NCBI RefSeq assembly: GCF_003044035.1
Contig: NZ_NVQC01000008.1
Location: 75,890 to 107,889, forward strand
Source: Candidatus Methylomirabilis limnetica
Lineage (GTDB): Bacteria > Methylomirabilota > Methylomirabilia > Methylomirabilales > Methylomirabilaceae
Direction: 5' to 3'
Length of the DNA stretch: 32,000 bases
Positions within the stretch are counted from its first letter, which is position 1; the number at the start of each line of letters is the position of its first letter. The notes below the pieces were generated by a model. It saw only the letters and a program-made list of their open reading frames with translations, was not told the origin of the DNA and did not search any database. Positions 31,752 through 32,000 of this stretch are shown one piece after another. The position numbers and the translations under genes are program-made.

Positions 31752-32000
31752 TCATAACCGCGAACACCACGAATTGTTACGATAATAGTGTCTGTCCCTA
31801 TTTTTAATACGTGCCCCCAACCGGGTCAGCAATCGCATTGTGTTGATACCCCTAACGTTGCGTTGAGCGGCCCGCGCTCGGCGAAGCACGTCCTCGGCCC
31901 GGCTCTCGGTCACCAATCCCTGTTCCAATTCATCCAAACGGTGCTCTGCTTCCTCGGCCCACAAGGCCTCGATCTCAGTTTCTGAAAGCTCGTCGGGGTT
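31752..32000 (-). CDS. Addiction-module antitoxin (putative addiction module component, CHP02574 / Unstab_antitox-like); 5' end outside the window, abnormal C-terminal tail
   Basis: My minus-strand translation is NPDELSETEIEALWAEEAEHRLDELEQGLVTESRAEDVLRRARAAQ. This matches the ..AW..E..RR..E...G.V......V..R.R core. It is followed by about 35 unrelated residues before the stop at 31752. Confidence 0.55.
   Translation of the reverse strand, partial: NPDELSETEIEALWAEEAEHRLDELEQGLVTESRAEDVLRRARAAQRNVRGINTMRLLTRLGARIKNRDRHYYRNNSWCSRL

Noticed and set aside
1-32000. rRNA, tRNA, tmRNA or riboswitch candidates
   Set aside because: I scanned the intergenic regions by eye for cloverleaf-like or known leader motifs and found none. 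The intergenic structure is explained by REP-like hairpins, terminators and the repeats listed.

Overview
GC-rich (about 60% by eye) bacterial chromosomal window, dominated by periplasmic and respiratory redox genes and broken up by small accessory patches. Taxonomic guess, low confidence: an NC10/Nitrospirota-like lineage.

Gene order, left to right:
- Partial secreted SNase-LTD nuclease (-), which the ORF track missed.
- HigBA toxin-antitoxin (-), an outer-membrane porin (-) and a TlpA-like thioredoxin (-).
- A plus-strand cluster led by a Crp/Fnr regulator: tandem-DUF2249 protein, a His-rich 12-TM heme-copper-oxidase-subunit-I-like membrane protein, DUF59, an Mrp/ApbC Fe-S carrier, and a DUF2249/His-tract/hemerythrin fusion. 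This is my top candidate for an uncharacterised system.
- An accessory patch at about 9.87-12.94 kb. It has an AT-rich edge carrying a promoter and a 23-aa hydrophobic ORF. The rest is a GC-shifted mosaic: a zeta-toxin-like kinase module, an AAA/DUF4143 ATPase, and relics of a helicase/methyltransferase/specificity (R-M-like) locus.
- amtB with a sigma54-type promoter.
- An operon of di-heme peroxidase, Tat-exported metallophosphoesterase and SoxA-like cytochrome c.
- A Rieske / split cytochrome b operon that also encodes an octaheme cytochrome c and a cupredoxin.
- ppdK, then a second di-heme peroxidase (-).
- ctaA, ctaB and a DUF420 gene (heme A module), interrupted by a DUF559 relic.
- A decayed RAYT/IS200-like transposase and a truncated antitoxin at the right edge.

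I found no rRNA, tRNA or CRISPR array. There are several intergenic repeat families: GTAGG-headed REP hairpins, a 150-170 bp structured repeat in two copies, ACGCAAY arrays, and G/C-tract hairpins. All family assignments rest on motif recognition from memory, not on database searches.
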